Shown: positions 10,766-23,994 of the stretch, piece by piece | How positions within the stretch are numbered: position 1 is the first letter of the stretch | How the letters are laid out: each line of letters starts with the position of its first letter | From: Coniocarpon cinnabarinum | Lineage: Eukaryota | Length of the DNA: 64,000 nt | Reading direction: 5' to 3' | Assembly (NCBI GenBank): GCA_051942205.1 | Contig: JAVECO010000003.1 | Span: forward strand, 1-64,000 | The notes under the pieces: model-generated | The model's database searches: none | What the model was told of the DNA's origin: nothing | Seen by the model: only the letters and a program-made list of their open reading frames with translations | Program-made: the position numbers and the translations under genes

Positions 10766-13700
10766 ATGCCCTCCGTTGAGCCCGTCGAAGAGTCCAGGGT
10801 TGCTTTTCTCCCACCTCTGGACCAATGTTTCGCGGGCGCATCGAGAATTATGTAAGCTCTTCGCGGATCCTTCCATTTTGTGGAGCGTGGCTGATTTCGA
10901 TCAGATCTTGGCCGGCAGTGGCAGAGACCTTGATCAACACACACGAAGCGTGCCGCTCTTCATCCCTCAAAAGTTTCCTCCAGGATGACTTGAGTATTCA
11001 AGCTCTATCCAACTGCACACGCGCCAACAGGCCTCCCAATGGCCAAGCAAAATCGGAATTCGAGACAAGGACCGCTGCCATAAATGTTACACAAGCCAAG
11101 AGTAGCAACTACGACATTCATCAGATCAAAGACGATGCGTTATGGCTTGCGAGAATTGCGAAGCTCGACGAGCTAAGCGCGCTCAGAACGACTGTGCTCG
11201 AATGGCAAGATCGGCCGAGGAACCGTTTGCTCAGCATTCATTCTGCAGGGGCGAGTTCTGGCTCTCGTTCAGTGGCAAGTGATGGGGACGGAGATGAAGA
11301 TCAGAGTCCACGCACGCGGCGCGCGAGACTCTTGCAGTTGTGGTACAATGAACAGCAAAGCATGATCGACGTACGGGCTATACTAGCAAAAACTCAGCTG
11401 TATACTGAACGTTCGACTGCCATGATCACCAATGGCAATGATCAGGTGCCGCCCTATGAATGGCTCAAACTGCTGGACAGGCGTCTGTGTCGGACCTCTG
11501 ACATTCGTGAAGAGTTTGCAGACACCCACCTGGCCATACTTCCGCAGACGATCGATGCCATTCGTACTCGCGCGCAAGCTTCGCAGAAACCTGTAGCAGA
11601 CATTAACGACGAGCTTGCTCAAGACTGGTATCCGAAGCTCATTCTTCACACTGGTCAAGAGATCAAGAATCTCTTACAGTTCAGCCTCATCGCGCTTGGC
11701 ACCGGTAACGATCCACCAACAGCACCCATCATTGCTAACTGGTTCCAATCCTTAGGCGCCCTGAATTTTTTCCAAGATATGTCTACGCTTCAGATGGACG
11801 ACGCACTAACGTTCCAAACCATCGAAATGCTTAGTACAACAATCATGTATACCATGTTGCAGCTTGAGGATTCTGTCCGTATCCTTGACATTAATCCGAA
11901 CTCAGACAAAAAACCGCCACAATGGTACGCTCTCGATCCGTCATGTGTCGAGGCTATTTCAACATCACTTGCTTCAGCTGTGGATAACGGCTATGCTCTG
12001 GTTGGGATGCCGCTGGCAGCCTGGTCTGCGATTGGCACTTTACTTCAAGCGAACGGCTCTGACGCTGGTTTCGATGGTATCGACAGAAGAGACTCGCATC
12101 CTCTGTCGCCCGCTGCGACACTGTCGAACCCTTCGACTCGCGCATTTGGACAGGCGTGGCACTCCTACATAAGTGATTTACAGTCAGGAGAGGCGACCGC
12201 TGAACAGTTCATGCGAGCTGCGATTCAGGGTTTTGATCTGTATGCGCAATGCAGCCAGCTAGCCACCATAGCAGAGACAATCTTGGGTAGACACCTTTTC
12301 ACTTTAGAGAGCTGTTCGCTCATACGGCGAATGTCCCTCAGCTGCCTGAACGAAGTTAGCAAAATAGCCTCCTACGACGCAGCTCTAGTTGAAGCGCTCA
12401 TTATTGTCATTCGAGGGCAGCAGTCCTGGCCTTCCGCGGTGCCCCCACCGTTTCCAGAGCTTCAAGTCGATCTAGTCAAGACGTTTTGGCGCAACCCGCC
12501 ACTGGTTCATCTTCTGGACGAAGCGATTGCCCGATACCCCTTCGAATTTCGGCCTCTACTCCTCCTGAGCGAAGCGCTTGTCGTGGCTGACGTGCGTGAC
12601 GTAGAGGTGTTGGAGCGGTTGAAGAAGTTGCAGACTATTGCAGAAAGAGTGCCCGAGGTATTTGCTGGATATGAGGCGGCGAGAGAGCAGGAGCTGGACA
12701 ATTGCTTCATTCTTCGGGAAGATTTGCCGGTTTTCCCACGCTGGAATGACAAGCAAATCAGTCTTCCAAGCCAACCTGGCATTTCCTCTGAGCATGAGTC
12801 AAGCAACACGTTCCTCATACGCCAAGGTACTGAGGGACTGGCATTCAGCAAAGATCATCATCCCGTCATAGCCTGGAAATATGAGCATTCTTTAACCACG
12901 TACATGGGCAAGTGGCTGTATCAGGCTCATCAGCGTCAATTATGGTGGTCCATCTCCGATGAGGAACTTCAGGCTACGATCATTGATTGCCTGCGCCTGC
13001 TGCACTCGATTGCTGAAACTATCCTCGTTCGTGAAGGCATTCTCGAGGCCAGCGCAGTGCTACTGGAGGTTGGAGAAGCATTACCACCGCACACAGATAT
13101 CTTTTCGCTGATCACTGATATACTCGAAGACCTTCTTGCTCGATCATTTCGCGAAGATGACGCAGACTTTGTGCGGTCAATCGCGGCGTGTTTCAGCTCG
13201 ATCGCAACAATCGCCAAAATTACCCCTGGAAGAGTCTGGCCCTTCCTCGCTCGAGTGGTTCTGTCTGATGGTGGAAGTGATGAAGGTCGTCTCTTGACAG
13301 CTGTGTCTTCATACGCGCGCGCTGAGAACGCTCCGGCACTTGTCAGTGGACTTCTTGACCTCTCTGACACCCTCATGAATGATATTGTCACCAACGCGGC
13401 GGCACGAGCTGGGCCTAACAGGACGCAGTCGACCCGATTCGAAGAAGAGATTGAACTTGATCCTGGCATCCCAGCCAAGCAAATGGCCCACATACTCTCT
13501 GCATTGACGAGATTCCTCCTCGACTTCTTACAAGACGCAACCGAATGGTGCTTCATCTCACAATTTGAGCAAGCGCAAACGACCCAAAGAGCTATCGACA
13601 TACTGCGTCGGCTTCTGCGATACTCACATGTTGGGATGAATGAGAGCACCCGGTCCAGTGTGCTGTCTCCTCTGTGTCATGCCGGTCATTCGATCGTATC

Positions 13701-16245
13701 ATGCTTCTTATACAACTCTCCATCAAGTCTTGCAATTTCACGTCTTCTGGCATACATCTCACCCCTAGCTTCGGCCTCTGCACGCCACTTTGATCCGCCA
13801 CTGCTCTCTTCTCTCATGTCACTAGCACTCAGCAGCGTTGACTTCATCACCTCGTTGCTCTCCCTAGCTGATTCAACAAGAGTAGTGCCCATTCAGTTCT
13901 TGCAATGTCTATCAGAAGGCGTTCCGAATTTGATTCGAGTGTACGCATCTTACAAGTCAATGCAGACGGTGACAGCAAACCTCCTTGCCCGGGTTGCACA
14001 AGCGATTGGCGGGTCACAGCAAGACCAGGTCTCGTTGTTCGCTTCTTTCGGCGCCGCTACAGGGCGTGACGCTGTTGCTGTTCTGGGGGACCTGACGGAC
14101 CTAGCGGATGATTCCGGACTTGCTTGTGCACGATGGCGCCTGTTCTCAGCATGCATTTCCAACAAACAGAGCTGGTTCTCAAGCTATCTTATTACAGGGA
14201 CCGTCCCGTCTCGAGCACATCAAAGCTACGAAAACAATGTGTCAACGATTGACTCACGAGACTCAGTCCTCACGATCGCGCTAGACACAGTATCCTCTGT
14301 GTCGTCTCTATCAAGTCCGGCCGCGGTCGCATCGATACAATTTGTAGCGGACGCATTGAATTATTGGCCATGGTCATTTGAGCGCATTCGTACGCATCCC
14401 CGATTTCTAAGCCGTATGACCGAGCATTTAGATCAGCTTGACTGGCAGCCACGCAGTCGCCAAGCATACGAGACCCGAAAGCTGATATGCCATGCGTTTG
14501 GGGCGTCCTTGATCTGTGAGATCTTCGCAATGTGCTTTCACAGCACTCGTTTGACCGGAAATACGGGTTTTATGAAAGAATGGTCGCCTCAAATCCCATT
14601 ACTTGACCAGCCGGGCTTTAAAGACCCATACTATCAAAAGGCTCTTCACCGACGATTTCAGCACAACTTCGAAGGCAAGTTTCCCGGTCTCTTAGTGGAG
14701 GACTTCAAGAAGGGAGCAGCCGTACAAGCGCCGGAAGACTCTTACTATGATCTTGAGTGCGTGCAAGACGTATTGCGTGAACCAAAATCTCACGACCACG
14801 CACAAGCATCTCTCGGCTTTTGGCACGAGTTCGAATACGCCAGCAACAATCTGTGTTTAGTCGCTGCACAGAAACAGTTAATCATCAAGTGGCAACTGCT
14901 TTGTGTCGAACTTGTCAAAGATGCAGCAGACGACGACAGGATCCCCAAAAAACTGGCATACGTCGCGCATGAATGCCTCGAGGCTAACAAAGAGTCCGAA
15001 GAGGCACAGAGCGTGTTCACCGATCTTCGTAGTCTTCGCATGGAGCTCGCCACAGCCATTGTGCAAAAGCTGGTAGGTATGCAATACGCAGCGGGTGGCA
15101 TGCATAGCTTGCTGGACGCTGCGTGGGATGTTCTTCGAGCAGGCAAGCCGGACTTCGAAAGCGCCTTTGCGGGTGATGAGGTGGGATACTATCGAAAGTG
15201 CGTCAAGTTGCTTCTCCTGTGTGTACGTGCATACGCAGTGTCAAACCTGCTGACGCCGTCTGCAACTGGAATTGACACCCAGCCGCATGTGGATGTTCAT
15301 GGCAAGGTCAGCATCATGCTCGAGATCGCGGTGCAAGTCGTCGCCAAGGGCTTTCGATCGTTGGCATCTCAACTACACGAGCAGCCTGCGACAATCTTGC
15401 CGGCTGATTTTGTGCTTCTGACCAGCTTGCTGCAGGTACTGCTGCAGGTTCAAGGAGCCGAGAATACACTCTTGTTCCCACAATTAGCCATCAAGCTCGC
15501 TGATTTTAACGTAGGGCGATATGCCACCGCGCTCTTCTCATGGTCAGATCGGATCACGTCTTACGACCAGGATCCAGTCTACGGAGAAATCAGTGTCACG
15601 TTCCTGGCTGAGATGTCCGTTCTCCCGTCACTAGCAGAGACGCTTGCCACCGATGGCGTCCTCTCTCGGCTGAATGTGGCCAACATCATGACGTGTTACC
15701 AGCGTTCTGGCGGTGCTGGGCCTTTTGACGTACCCCGGAGGATGCACAAGATTTGGACACGGGGCATTCTGCCTCTTGTGCTGAATGTGCTCATTGCTGT
15801 GGGCGCACCGATTGCCGCCGAGGTTGCAACGTTCTTGAACAACTTTACGCCTCAGCTGGAGCTTGCGTCGAATGCATTAGACGGCAAGAGCACTGCTCCG
15901 AGCCAGGCATCTGTCGTGGGAGGCGTCACCTATAACGCGGCGTGCGAGGCCCACACTTTGAGCCTCTTGGCTTCGCTACTCGATCGCTATCGCGTGAATG
16001 ATGACGCCGACATTCCAGAGCTACGCTGGGATCGAGCGGCGGTCAAAGAAGACGTGGAGACATGGGTGCAGGGCACACGAGCCTACTTGAGAGAGCGCAT
16101 CATGCCGACCGACGAGAAAGAAGTGGCACTGCTGCGGACACAGCCCATCGGAGGGGGCAAGGAGGTGTGCGAGGTGCGAAGCCGACTGGAGGAGGCTGTC
16201 TGGAAGGAACTAAAGGGCGCATATCTTGTATTGAACGGCGGGTAA
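10766..16245 (+). CDS. NUP188: Nucleoporin Nup188 (Nup184)
   Basis: About 1800-aa helical protein with RTAAINVT..YDIHQIKDDALWL..DELSALR..LEWQ.RP and DPVYGE motifs. First exon 10766-10851, intron 10852-10904. Confidence 0.88.
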
Positions 16246-16495
16246 TTTCTAACAAACGTGATATCGACAGTCGCGGCAAGGCAATCTGGCTTTCACGGCG
16301 AGGCGTTGGTGGGTCGCCAATTGTGTCGCCAACGGTGTCATGGGGGAATTAGTGCTTGAGTACCTGGACGGCCCGCGATGGCGGTGTTGTCATCATAGGT
16401 GCAACAGTGCTGAGCGTACGACACTAACTGCAGAAACGAGTTTAAGCGAAATGAACGCGTGAATGAGCCTGTTGCGAGGCGGTGAAGTTGAGGCT

Positions 16496-16520
16496 GGAGG
16501 AGGAGGAGGAGGAGGAGGAG
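16496..16520 (+). repeat. (GGA)n microsatellite
   Basis: About eight GGA units, intergenic. Confidence 0.8.
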
Positions 16521-16951
16521 CAGAAGGAGTGGAGGAGCGTTATCCGTTTCCGTGTTGCTGCCTGAGCAGTGTGGCGCATGCCCTGCACGTGCCTTGTTGG
16601 TGCTGTCATCGCTGTCTCCTGTATTTCTCGCGCACACCACTCAACCGGCAAACGGTCGCAACAGAATCCTACGTTCCTATGGTCGCGACACCAACGCGAT
16701 TCCCGCCTCATGGCGTCCACTTTGACGAGTGGGGCTTAGAACAAAGTCAATGGGTGGTAGGACCCATCTTGACCATACAATGCAAACCTGTACTGGGATG
16801 AGAATGCCCGCCTTTTACATTTCCTATACATTCTTCGGGCTCGCCGCACTTTCCAGTCCGCAAATACTTGCGTGGGATGCCCTGACGCTTGTTCGTTGTG
16901 ACCGGTCTGCATACATGGTGACTCCCACTTTTGACTGGCCTGCTCAAGACA

Positions 16952-18043
16952 ATGTGTTCCGTGCCAGCAAGCGCAGAAACAATTGTCGTAACAGGGGGTT
17001 GCGGTCCCCTAGGCTTCCACATCATCAAGGAGTTGAGGGACGTGTATCCGGACTGGCCTGTCCACGTCATCAGCCGCAACCCCACCCGGAACCGAGTACC
17101 AGGGGCCCAGTATCATGCCGCCGACATTTGTTCATACCGTGACGTTGGCACATTGTTTGATCAGATACAGCCAACCGTTATCATCCATTCAGCCTCGACG
17201 GCAGCACTCGACGAGAACATACCCGCTTCGGCACATTTCAAGACGAATGTGCAAGGAACGAGATGCTTACTTGACACTGCGTGCGCGGTGCAAAGCGTCA
17301 GAGCCCTCGTCTACACGTCATCAGCAGTCGTTGTGGAGGGCTCTTCTCACACCTTCACTCGCGAGGATGCTCCAGTGAAGACAGAGCTGAGCAATTCCGA
17401 TGCTTATTCCATTTCCAAAGCAGTCGCCGAGACCACGGTGTTGCGATGCAACGACAGATCCTGGATCGCCACCACGTGTCTCAGGCCCACGCTTGTTTTT
17501 GGAGAGCGAGAAGAGCACCTGAATCAAGTCATGGCGGGGGCATTGGAGAGGGGAGAGCACAAGAACCAATTCGGAGACAATTCCAATCTAACCGATCCAG
17601 TGTCAGCCAACAACTGCGCTCATGCCCACATTCTAGCAGTTGAGGCATTATTGCGAGAGAGGCAGAAGTCCTTGATGGCAGACGATGAACGTGTTGGAGG
17701 CGAAGCGTTCTTCGTGGGAGGCGGCCACCCACTCCCTTTCTGGAGCTTTTACCGCATGGGGTGGGAAGCAGCCGGATGCCAAGATATCCACACTGGAGTG
17801 AGAGTGGTTTCGCCGTGGGTCATCATGACCTTGGCCGCCTTGATGGAGTGGCTTTATTTCCTCATTAGCTTCGGCCAGAAGAGACCTGCGAGTTTCCGGA
17901 GGGATATGCTCCAGTACACCTTCATCGATTACACTTTTTCAATCGGAAAAGCGCGGAAGCGTCTAGGATACGATCCGCGAGATGATCGAGAGGAGCAGAT
18001 TCAGGCGGGGGTGAAGTGGTATCTCGCCGAGCGTAAAATATGA
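16952..18043 (+). CDS. 3-beta-hydroxysteroid dehydrogenase/decarboxylase-family extended SDR (ERG26-like paralog)
   Basis: IVVTGGCGPLG Rossmann motif, TNVQGT, YTSS, YSISK (YxxxK), AHAHILA and ARKRLGY.P. Confidence 0.88.
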   Translation: MCSVPASAETIVVTGGCGPLGFHIIKELRDVYPDWPVHVISRNPTRNRVPGAQYHAADICSYRDVGTLFDQIQPTVIIHSASTAALDENIPASAHFKTNVQGTRCLLDTACAVQSVRALVYTSSAVVVEGSSHTFTREDAPVKTELSNSDAYSISKAVAETTVLRCNDRSWIATTCLRPTLVFGEREEHLNQVMAGALERGEHKNQFGDNSNLTDPVSANNCAHAHILAVEALLRERQKSLMADDERVGGEAFFVGGGHPLPFWSFYRMGWEAAGCQDIHTGVRVVSPWVIMTLAALMEWLYFLISFGQKRPASFRRDMLQYTFIDYTFSIGKARKRLGYDPRDDREEQIQAGVKWYLAERKI

Positions 18044-18606
18044 TAGCAGTGTTTCACGTATTGTCACCGGTACATCAGGCCGATTCTGGAAACGCCATCC
18101 GAGCTTGTGGCCAGGACTATCATAGGTGTTTTAAGATACGCGTAGCGCAGGAGGCTCGGGTGCCTGACATCCCGGGCACGAAAGGCCTGTTCTTCAGCGA
18201 CGATATGTCGAGCACATGGGAATTTACGCCCAAGATACGCCTGACTCAATCATATTTACGAATACCCGAAACAGTGCAGAATTTGTGTAGATTGAGCCAA
18301 ATCAGCATGCCTCGTGCTCATGCGTATTAGATGCGGTGACGTGTCGACATCTGTCATTCTCATGGGTTTATCTTGCCACAGAAGCCTCTTCATATCAACG
18401 CACGATGATCTTATCCCATGTATCCGAGTTACGATAGACTCACCTATCCAGCATTGCTTTGCATTTCCCGTGAATCATTCTACCAACCACCAATACCTTG
18501 GTTATCAGCTTGAGACATTCAACATACAGCATTCAGCTCCATCTGTTCCCCCAAGCAAAAGGGCCATTGACGAAGTTGACAACGACCGCAGAAGGCACCA
18601 TATTAG

Positions 18607-18984
18607 ACGCGCAGAATTTCCTTCCACGAAGGTACTCAGATCGATGGAAAGGATTACCAAGAGCTCGACGACCGTGCAAAAAAGCTCGGCCTGTCGATCA
18701 TCAAGGCTAAAGGGTCGAAAGTCAAATTAAGCGGTCCCCCTCATGTCACGCTCGCCGACGTTCAACGAGAAGTCTCGCGAGCTGATTTTTACAAGACCAG
18801 CAAGCCGTACAAGACCTCGGCTCACTACATCCAAGACGTGCTCGAGACTACAGTCAACCCTTTGGATGACAAAGGCCGGCTTTCACATTTCACCATAGAA
18901 TTTGAAAGGCCCAGAACTCCGCCCACTTTGCCTGTGGGAGAAGGTGGACCTTCGTCCTTTTTCAACGCTTGGGGGTTTTATTAG
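18607..18984 (+). other. 125-codon open frame without a start codon (possible terminal exon or pseudogene)
   Basis: Stop-free frame after TATTAG at 18601-18606 with protein-like composition (IDGKDYQELDDRAKKLGLSII...FTIEFERP). No family recognised. Confidence 0.25.
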
Positions 18985-19844
18985 TGCAGTGGATCATGAC
19001 TCAAGAGCTTGAAGAGAGCGCTCGCGATCCCTTGAAGTTCTTCAGTTGTGTAGCAGCTCGCGGCCGTGCTGTCGCTGGATCATTCACGTGCAAGACTCTT
19101 GAGAAGGGGTGGCATGCCCCGCGTTGCTGCTCAGCATACTGCATACGGCGTTTTGCAGATGCGACACAATGTGGAAAGGGCCATCGCGCGTGACGGCTTA
19201 AGATGTGCTGTCACGTGCCGACATGCGCGGAACTCCGCCGAGAAACTTTGCGCGCTTGGCATGTTTCGAGGCCTCGTCCTTCAATCTCTTCCCTTAGTCC
19301 AGAGCTTGTGCTGTCAATTCTCCTCCCAATTTAAACTTTCTTCCGCGCGCTGCTATCGCAGTCAGGCAGAGGGCCTATTTTGACAACAATCGTGCTACTT
19401 GTCACCCCGGAAAATGGCCAAAGACAACCCTGGGCCTGACTGGAATTATATAATCGTTGACGGAGTACTTCTACTGCACTACCCACAAACGTAGGTAGGT
19501 AGGTATCAAAAGGCTCATGAGCCTGGCCTTCCCACAAGGCGCCCATTTACTGGCTTGCAAATCTGAGTAAGGCGTTCCAAGACAGCGACTGTGGATGAAA
19601 CCCGTTCCATTGCGTTTGTGCATGGATCCGAGCCATTGCGCCTGCCCAAAGCAAGACTGCCTTTGATTAATTGTTCGACCCCTCGTTTTCCTGAGTCTGT
19701 CAGTCTTGTCTTCACAAGAATACATTATCTAGCCGTCATGCCTTTGGCAGCGTCCTTTCGAGCTTTCCATCACGCACGCTCGGCTCTCGTTTCAATTCAT
19801 GTCACTCATTTGAATTTTTGCCTTCAGTACCGACCACAGACAGC

Positions 19845-22150
19845 ATGCTGTCCCATTCACTCTTTCTTTCTTCTTTGACTTGCGCCTCGCTTGCCGTGGC
19901 TGCTTTGACCAACTCGTCACTCACGAACCACGTTGACGTGCTTGATCTTGACTTTGATTTCAATCCGGTAAAGGCTGCTTACTGGACGTGCGTCAATGGC
20001 GATTGCTTCATTTCTTGACAGCCTCACTAATTGGCCACAGTAACTACCCTCACCATCGCCGGACCCCGTTTGCTCTTTCGCCAGATGCCAAGTCGGCCTA
20101 TTTAGCGTACCTCGACAGCTCCGGCGTTGATGTGCATGTGCAAAAGCTTGATCCCACCACATTTTCCGCTGTTGGAAATGCGACGACCGTCCCTGGAGGT
20201 CATGAGGCTGGCGGGCTGGTCGCCATGAATGATGGCTTCGCACTTCTCACCAACGAAGTCGTCCCTTCCACCACAGCCAATGCGCCTCCTGGCAATACAC
20301 CAGTGCCTGTCTTGTACCGTTACGCCAATGGCGCTCAGTCTTGGAAAACCTTCCTTGGCGGACCCAACGTTCATGCAGATGATGGTCTTGCCATGTCGCC
20401 CGACCTCAACGGCGACTTGGTTTACTCCGAAGCTGCTGGCCTCTTCGGTGCTTATTTTGTTGTTACGGAATACCAAGGCTGGGCCGAAGGCCACTTTGGT
20501 GACAGTGTTGAGTATGTGAATGACAAGGGTGAATTGCAGAATCTCAAGGGTGCTTCAAGCTCGTGGGGTTGCAGTCACAACACCGGCATCGCTTTCGAAG
20601 CCGCTGACCAGCCTCCGTACGCCGGGGTGTGCGCTGAGGATCATGGCGCTATTTGGCTTAACACCGATACACAAACCATGGATGGAGTCAAAGTGTCGAA
20701 CGAGAACACAACCAATGGAGCATGCAATGAAGGTGCGTCATGCTTCCTACCCACAACCTAACTGGCGTAGTCACTGACGAGGTTTCCTCAAGCGATGGGA
20801 GGAATGAGCGGCTCCTATAGCAGCTTAGCTCGCTTCATTGATAGCAAGTCGTACATTTTTTCATGGGTTTCGCGCGGCGCTACCAACCTTATTGAGGATA
20901 CCTGGAGAGGTCAGGGCTACACCAGTGCCACGAACCGCACCAACAACCGCAATGTTGCAATTGCGCTCATGTCTGACAAATCGACACTCGTCGGCCCTCA
21001 AGCCATCTCAGAGGTCGGTGCTGCAGATGGTGACTCGCAAGTCGACTGGGTCACGAACGGCACAGCTGATTGCAGTAATGCCCACGCCGCGGCCTTTGAC
21101 AGTTCCAACGCCCTTGTCACCTGGGAAGAGATTGAGGATCCCCAGTGCTACTTCATCTCCATGGGTTGCAAAGGCAAGTTTTCGGGCTCAAAGTTTCAGC
21201 AGGTCGATGGCACTGGCGCCAAACTCGGAGACCCGCTTGTGTCAATGGACACCTACGTTGCTGGCGACATGGTGACCATGCCCGACGGCAGGATTTGTTG
21301 GCCCTATCCTCATGTTGCCTGGAGCCTGGATCAGGCTGACAACCCCTGGGGTGGATATGGCGGCCAGACTGCTGACGTTCCTGGGAACGTAACAAAAATG
21401 TCGTTCGCGTGTATGTCTCTGGGCAACGCAAACGACACTGGAAATGGGTCAGCCAGCAGCGTCAGCATTGCTGCTCCATCTACCACATCACAGAGTTCCG
21501 TCGCTGCCAGTTCCTCTGCCGTCTCAGTGGAATCTGCTGGCGAACCTCATTCAGCCTCCGTGGCAGCAACTTCAGCCGAGGTATCTGCTACTCCAACCGC
21601 ACCTGCTTACAGCGGCACTTCAGCAGCAGCTTCTGCTCCTGCTGCGTCTTCCTCAGCGACCCTTTCTCCATACGGCCTACCCCCCGCCTCACCAACAGCC
21701 GGGTCTCAGAGCTCGCAACCCGCTGAAGTTCCCGGGGATGCTTCAAGTGCTCCCAACTCTATCCCAAGCGTACCTGCTGGTTCGTCCTCGTTGCCAGACA
21801 TCTATTCTTCTTCATCCAATGCTGGCCCCTCAGCTCCAGGGGCAAGTACGGCGGCAAGTGTCTCGTCTGAGTCTAGCTGCAGTTGTGCGGCCTCAACAGT
21901 CACAGTGACGGCCACGGTAACAGCGTCTCCCTCGCTTTCAAAGCCTGATGCTGCAGGCGCCGGTTCGTCAGTGGGCGCGGAGCCTACGGATTCATCCTAT
22001 GAGCCAACTATATCTGGCGTAATAACGCCAGGAGGTCCGATGATTCCGGCAGCAACTCCAGCAGCGGCGGAGTCAAGCACTTCAGCTTGCACCAAAAATG
22101 CGAAGCGACATGCCGATGTCCATGAGTACCGGGCGAAGTTTGTTATATAG
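19845..22150 (+). CDS. Secreted fungal protein of unknown function with Ser/Ala/Pro-rich C-terminal stalk
   Basis: Signal peptide MLSHSLFLSSLTCASLAVAA and two GT-AG introns. Globular domain with PHHRRTPFA, GHFGD, WGCSHNTG and CAED motifs, followed by a low-complexity tail. Confidence 0.85.
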
Positions 22151-22927
22151 GCTATCACCAAGGATCATGGCATAGCGGGTGTCATCGGCGAGATGTGTGC
22201 GACGATTGGCAAAGCCACTTTGTAGATGCTCAGGAACAAGGATTTGCTTCTTGCTCCATGTTGCGTCTTGTTGCAGCGATGAACAATAACGGCAAAGCCA
22301 ACAGGAATCTTTTGCTCAGTTTCTGTCAGTCCCCTCCCCACATTCCGCCTTATCCCCGTCCGCAATTCACAGTAGGCCTGCACGCTTTTGTCGTGGGGCG
22401 AAATGAGCAAGCCCTACATGTCCAGTACTAGAAGATATCCCGCCCGTAGCTGAGTAAACACGCCAGGAACAAATGACATTCAATATGCAATATGAGATTT
22501 ACAAGCCGTCCACGCCGCAAGTGCCTCATTCCCAATGCATGCGTGCGGCATTATCGGCTAGAGATCTTGAAATGAACCGACACCCATTGGAAGCGTTTTG
22601 GACCCAAGCACCTTCCTATATCGTACAGCGCTGCCTCTGGCATTAGCCCCCATACCCTGGAAATAGCCACGGTCATGGCATGTTTATGCTCTCATCGGCC
22701 CGCTCACACTGCAAGGTCGGCGTGTGTCTAGGGCGCAGCAACGATGTCATTGTTTTTGATGCGGCGCTGCAGACTGCCGCCAGCCCATTGCTGGAGATAT
22801 AAAGTGAAGTTAACCCGAGGTCGTCGTTTATATCCTAGCAGCACAATACACAGTACATTCCATCTTGAACAAACTGCTGGGTCGCTGTTGAGGTAGAACA
22901 AACTTCCGCTCAATCATCTGATTCACC

Positions 22928-23533
22928 ATGTATGTCAAGGGCGTGCTCACAAGTCTCTGCGTCATCGCCTCTCTTCCCTTGAAAACCCTCGCACAATCGA
23001 ACGTGACGAACAACGGCTTCGGCAGCACGCCCAGGGACCGTCTATACATCGACCTGGAACAAGCGCAGAACGTCGTCAGCGCCGCCATCCAGTCCGCCTC
23101 GACCATCGTCCCCGAGAATGTGGCGGTGGTCGACCTTTCCGGCCAACTCGTCGCCTTCGCACGCATGGACAACGCCTACCTCGGGAGCATCGACATCAGT
23201 CAGAAGAAGGCACGCACGGCGGTGCTGTTCAATGGCTTGACGACGGCGGCTCTTGGACAAATGGCGCAGCCAGGGCAGCCCTTGCAAGGTGGGTCCCACG
23301 CCACGAGCAGCATTCTGGATCTGTTCTCGTTTCCCGGTGCTAACTTGTTTTGTTACTGTACAGAAATCGAAGAGACCAATGGCGGATTGATCGTGTTTGG
23401 TGGGGGATTTCCCATCTACGACAAGGGTCATTTGATTGGTGGTGTGGGTTGCAGTGGGGGCACGGTACCTCAGGATGAGCAGATTGCACGGGCAGCAATA
23501 GCCGGTGCCGGCTTCACGACTGCCACCGACTAA
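22928..23533 (+). CDS. Secreted GlcG/HbpS (DUF336) heme-binding family protein
   Basis: Signal peptide; NVAVVD.SG.LVAF.RMD, SQKKARTA, GG.PI and GGVGCSGG...QDEQIA motifs. One intron (~23289-23363). Confidence 0.88.
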   Translation: MYVKGVLTSLCVIASLPLKTLAQSNVTNNGFGSTPRDRLYIDLEQAQNVVSAAIQSASTIVPENVAVVDLSGQLVAFARMDNAYLGSIDISQKKARTAVLFNGLTTAALGQMAQPGQPLQGGSHATSSILDLFSFPGANLFCYCTEIEETNGGLIVFGGGFPIYDKGHLIGGVGCSGGTVPQDEQIARAAIAGAGFTTATD

Positions 23534-23994
23534 TCCGCTGTCAGATTAATGGCCATGAAATGACGTGTGTTGAGTGGCTTTGCCTGGTGTTCTGCATTCT
23601 TCGGGGTCGGACCACTGCCTTGGCGCTGTGGTTCAGTCAACTGCAAAAAAAAGTCTTATTGCCATGCACTCGAGAAAAGTCAAGATGCAGGCAACGCACA
23701 ACGCACGATGATGCTACGTTCACACAAAGCGCACTAAACTCCGCGCAAAATACAGAGTACTAAAGCCTGAGCAAGATGAGTGATAGATCATGAATTCGTA
23801 GTGGCTTTGACAAGTGATGATATGATTGTGAAGCCCAACGGAGAGATGTTGTAGGCTGAATTTTTATGTTGCTTGCTGCTCGAGGATTTAACGAATGTCG
23901 ATGCAACTAGACTATGTTGACCCCAGAGTCTGAGCTTGTGAAGTGTTGTAAGAAGTTCCATCTAGATCGGGAGTGATATCAATGATGTGTCAAA

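Noticed and set aside
16810..16818. GCCTTTTAC (U5 snRNA loop I motif)
   Set aside because: No proper closing stem and no Sm site at the expected distance.
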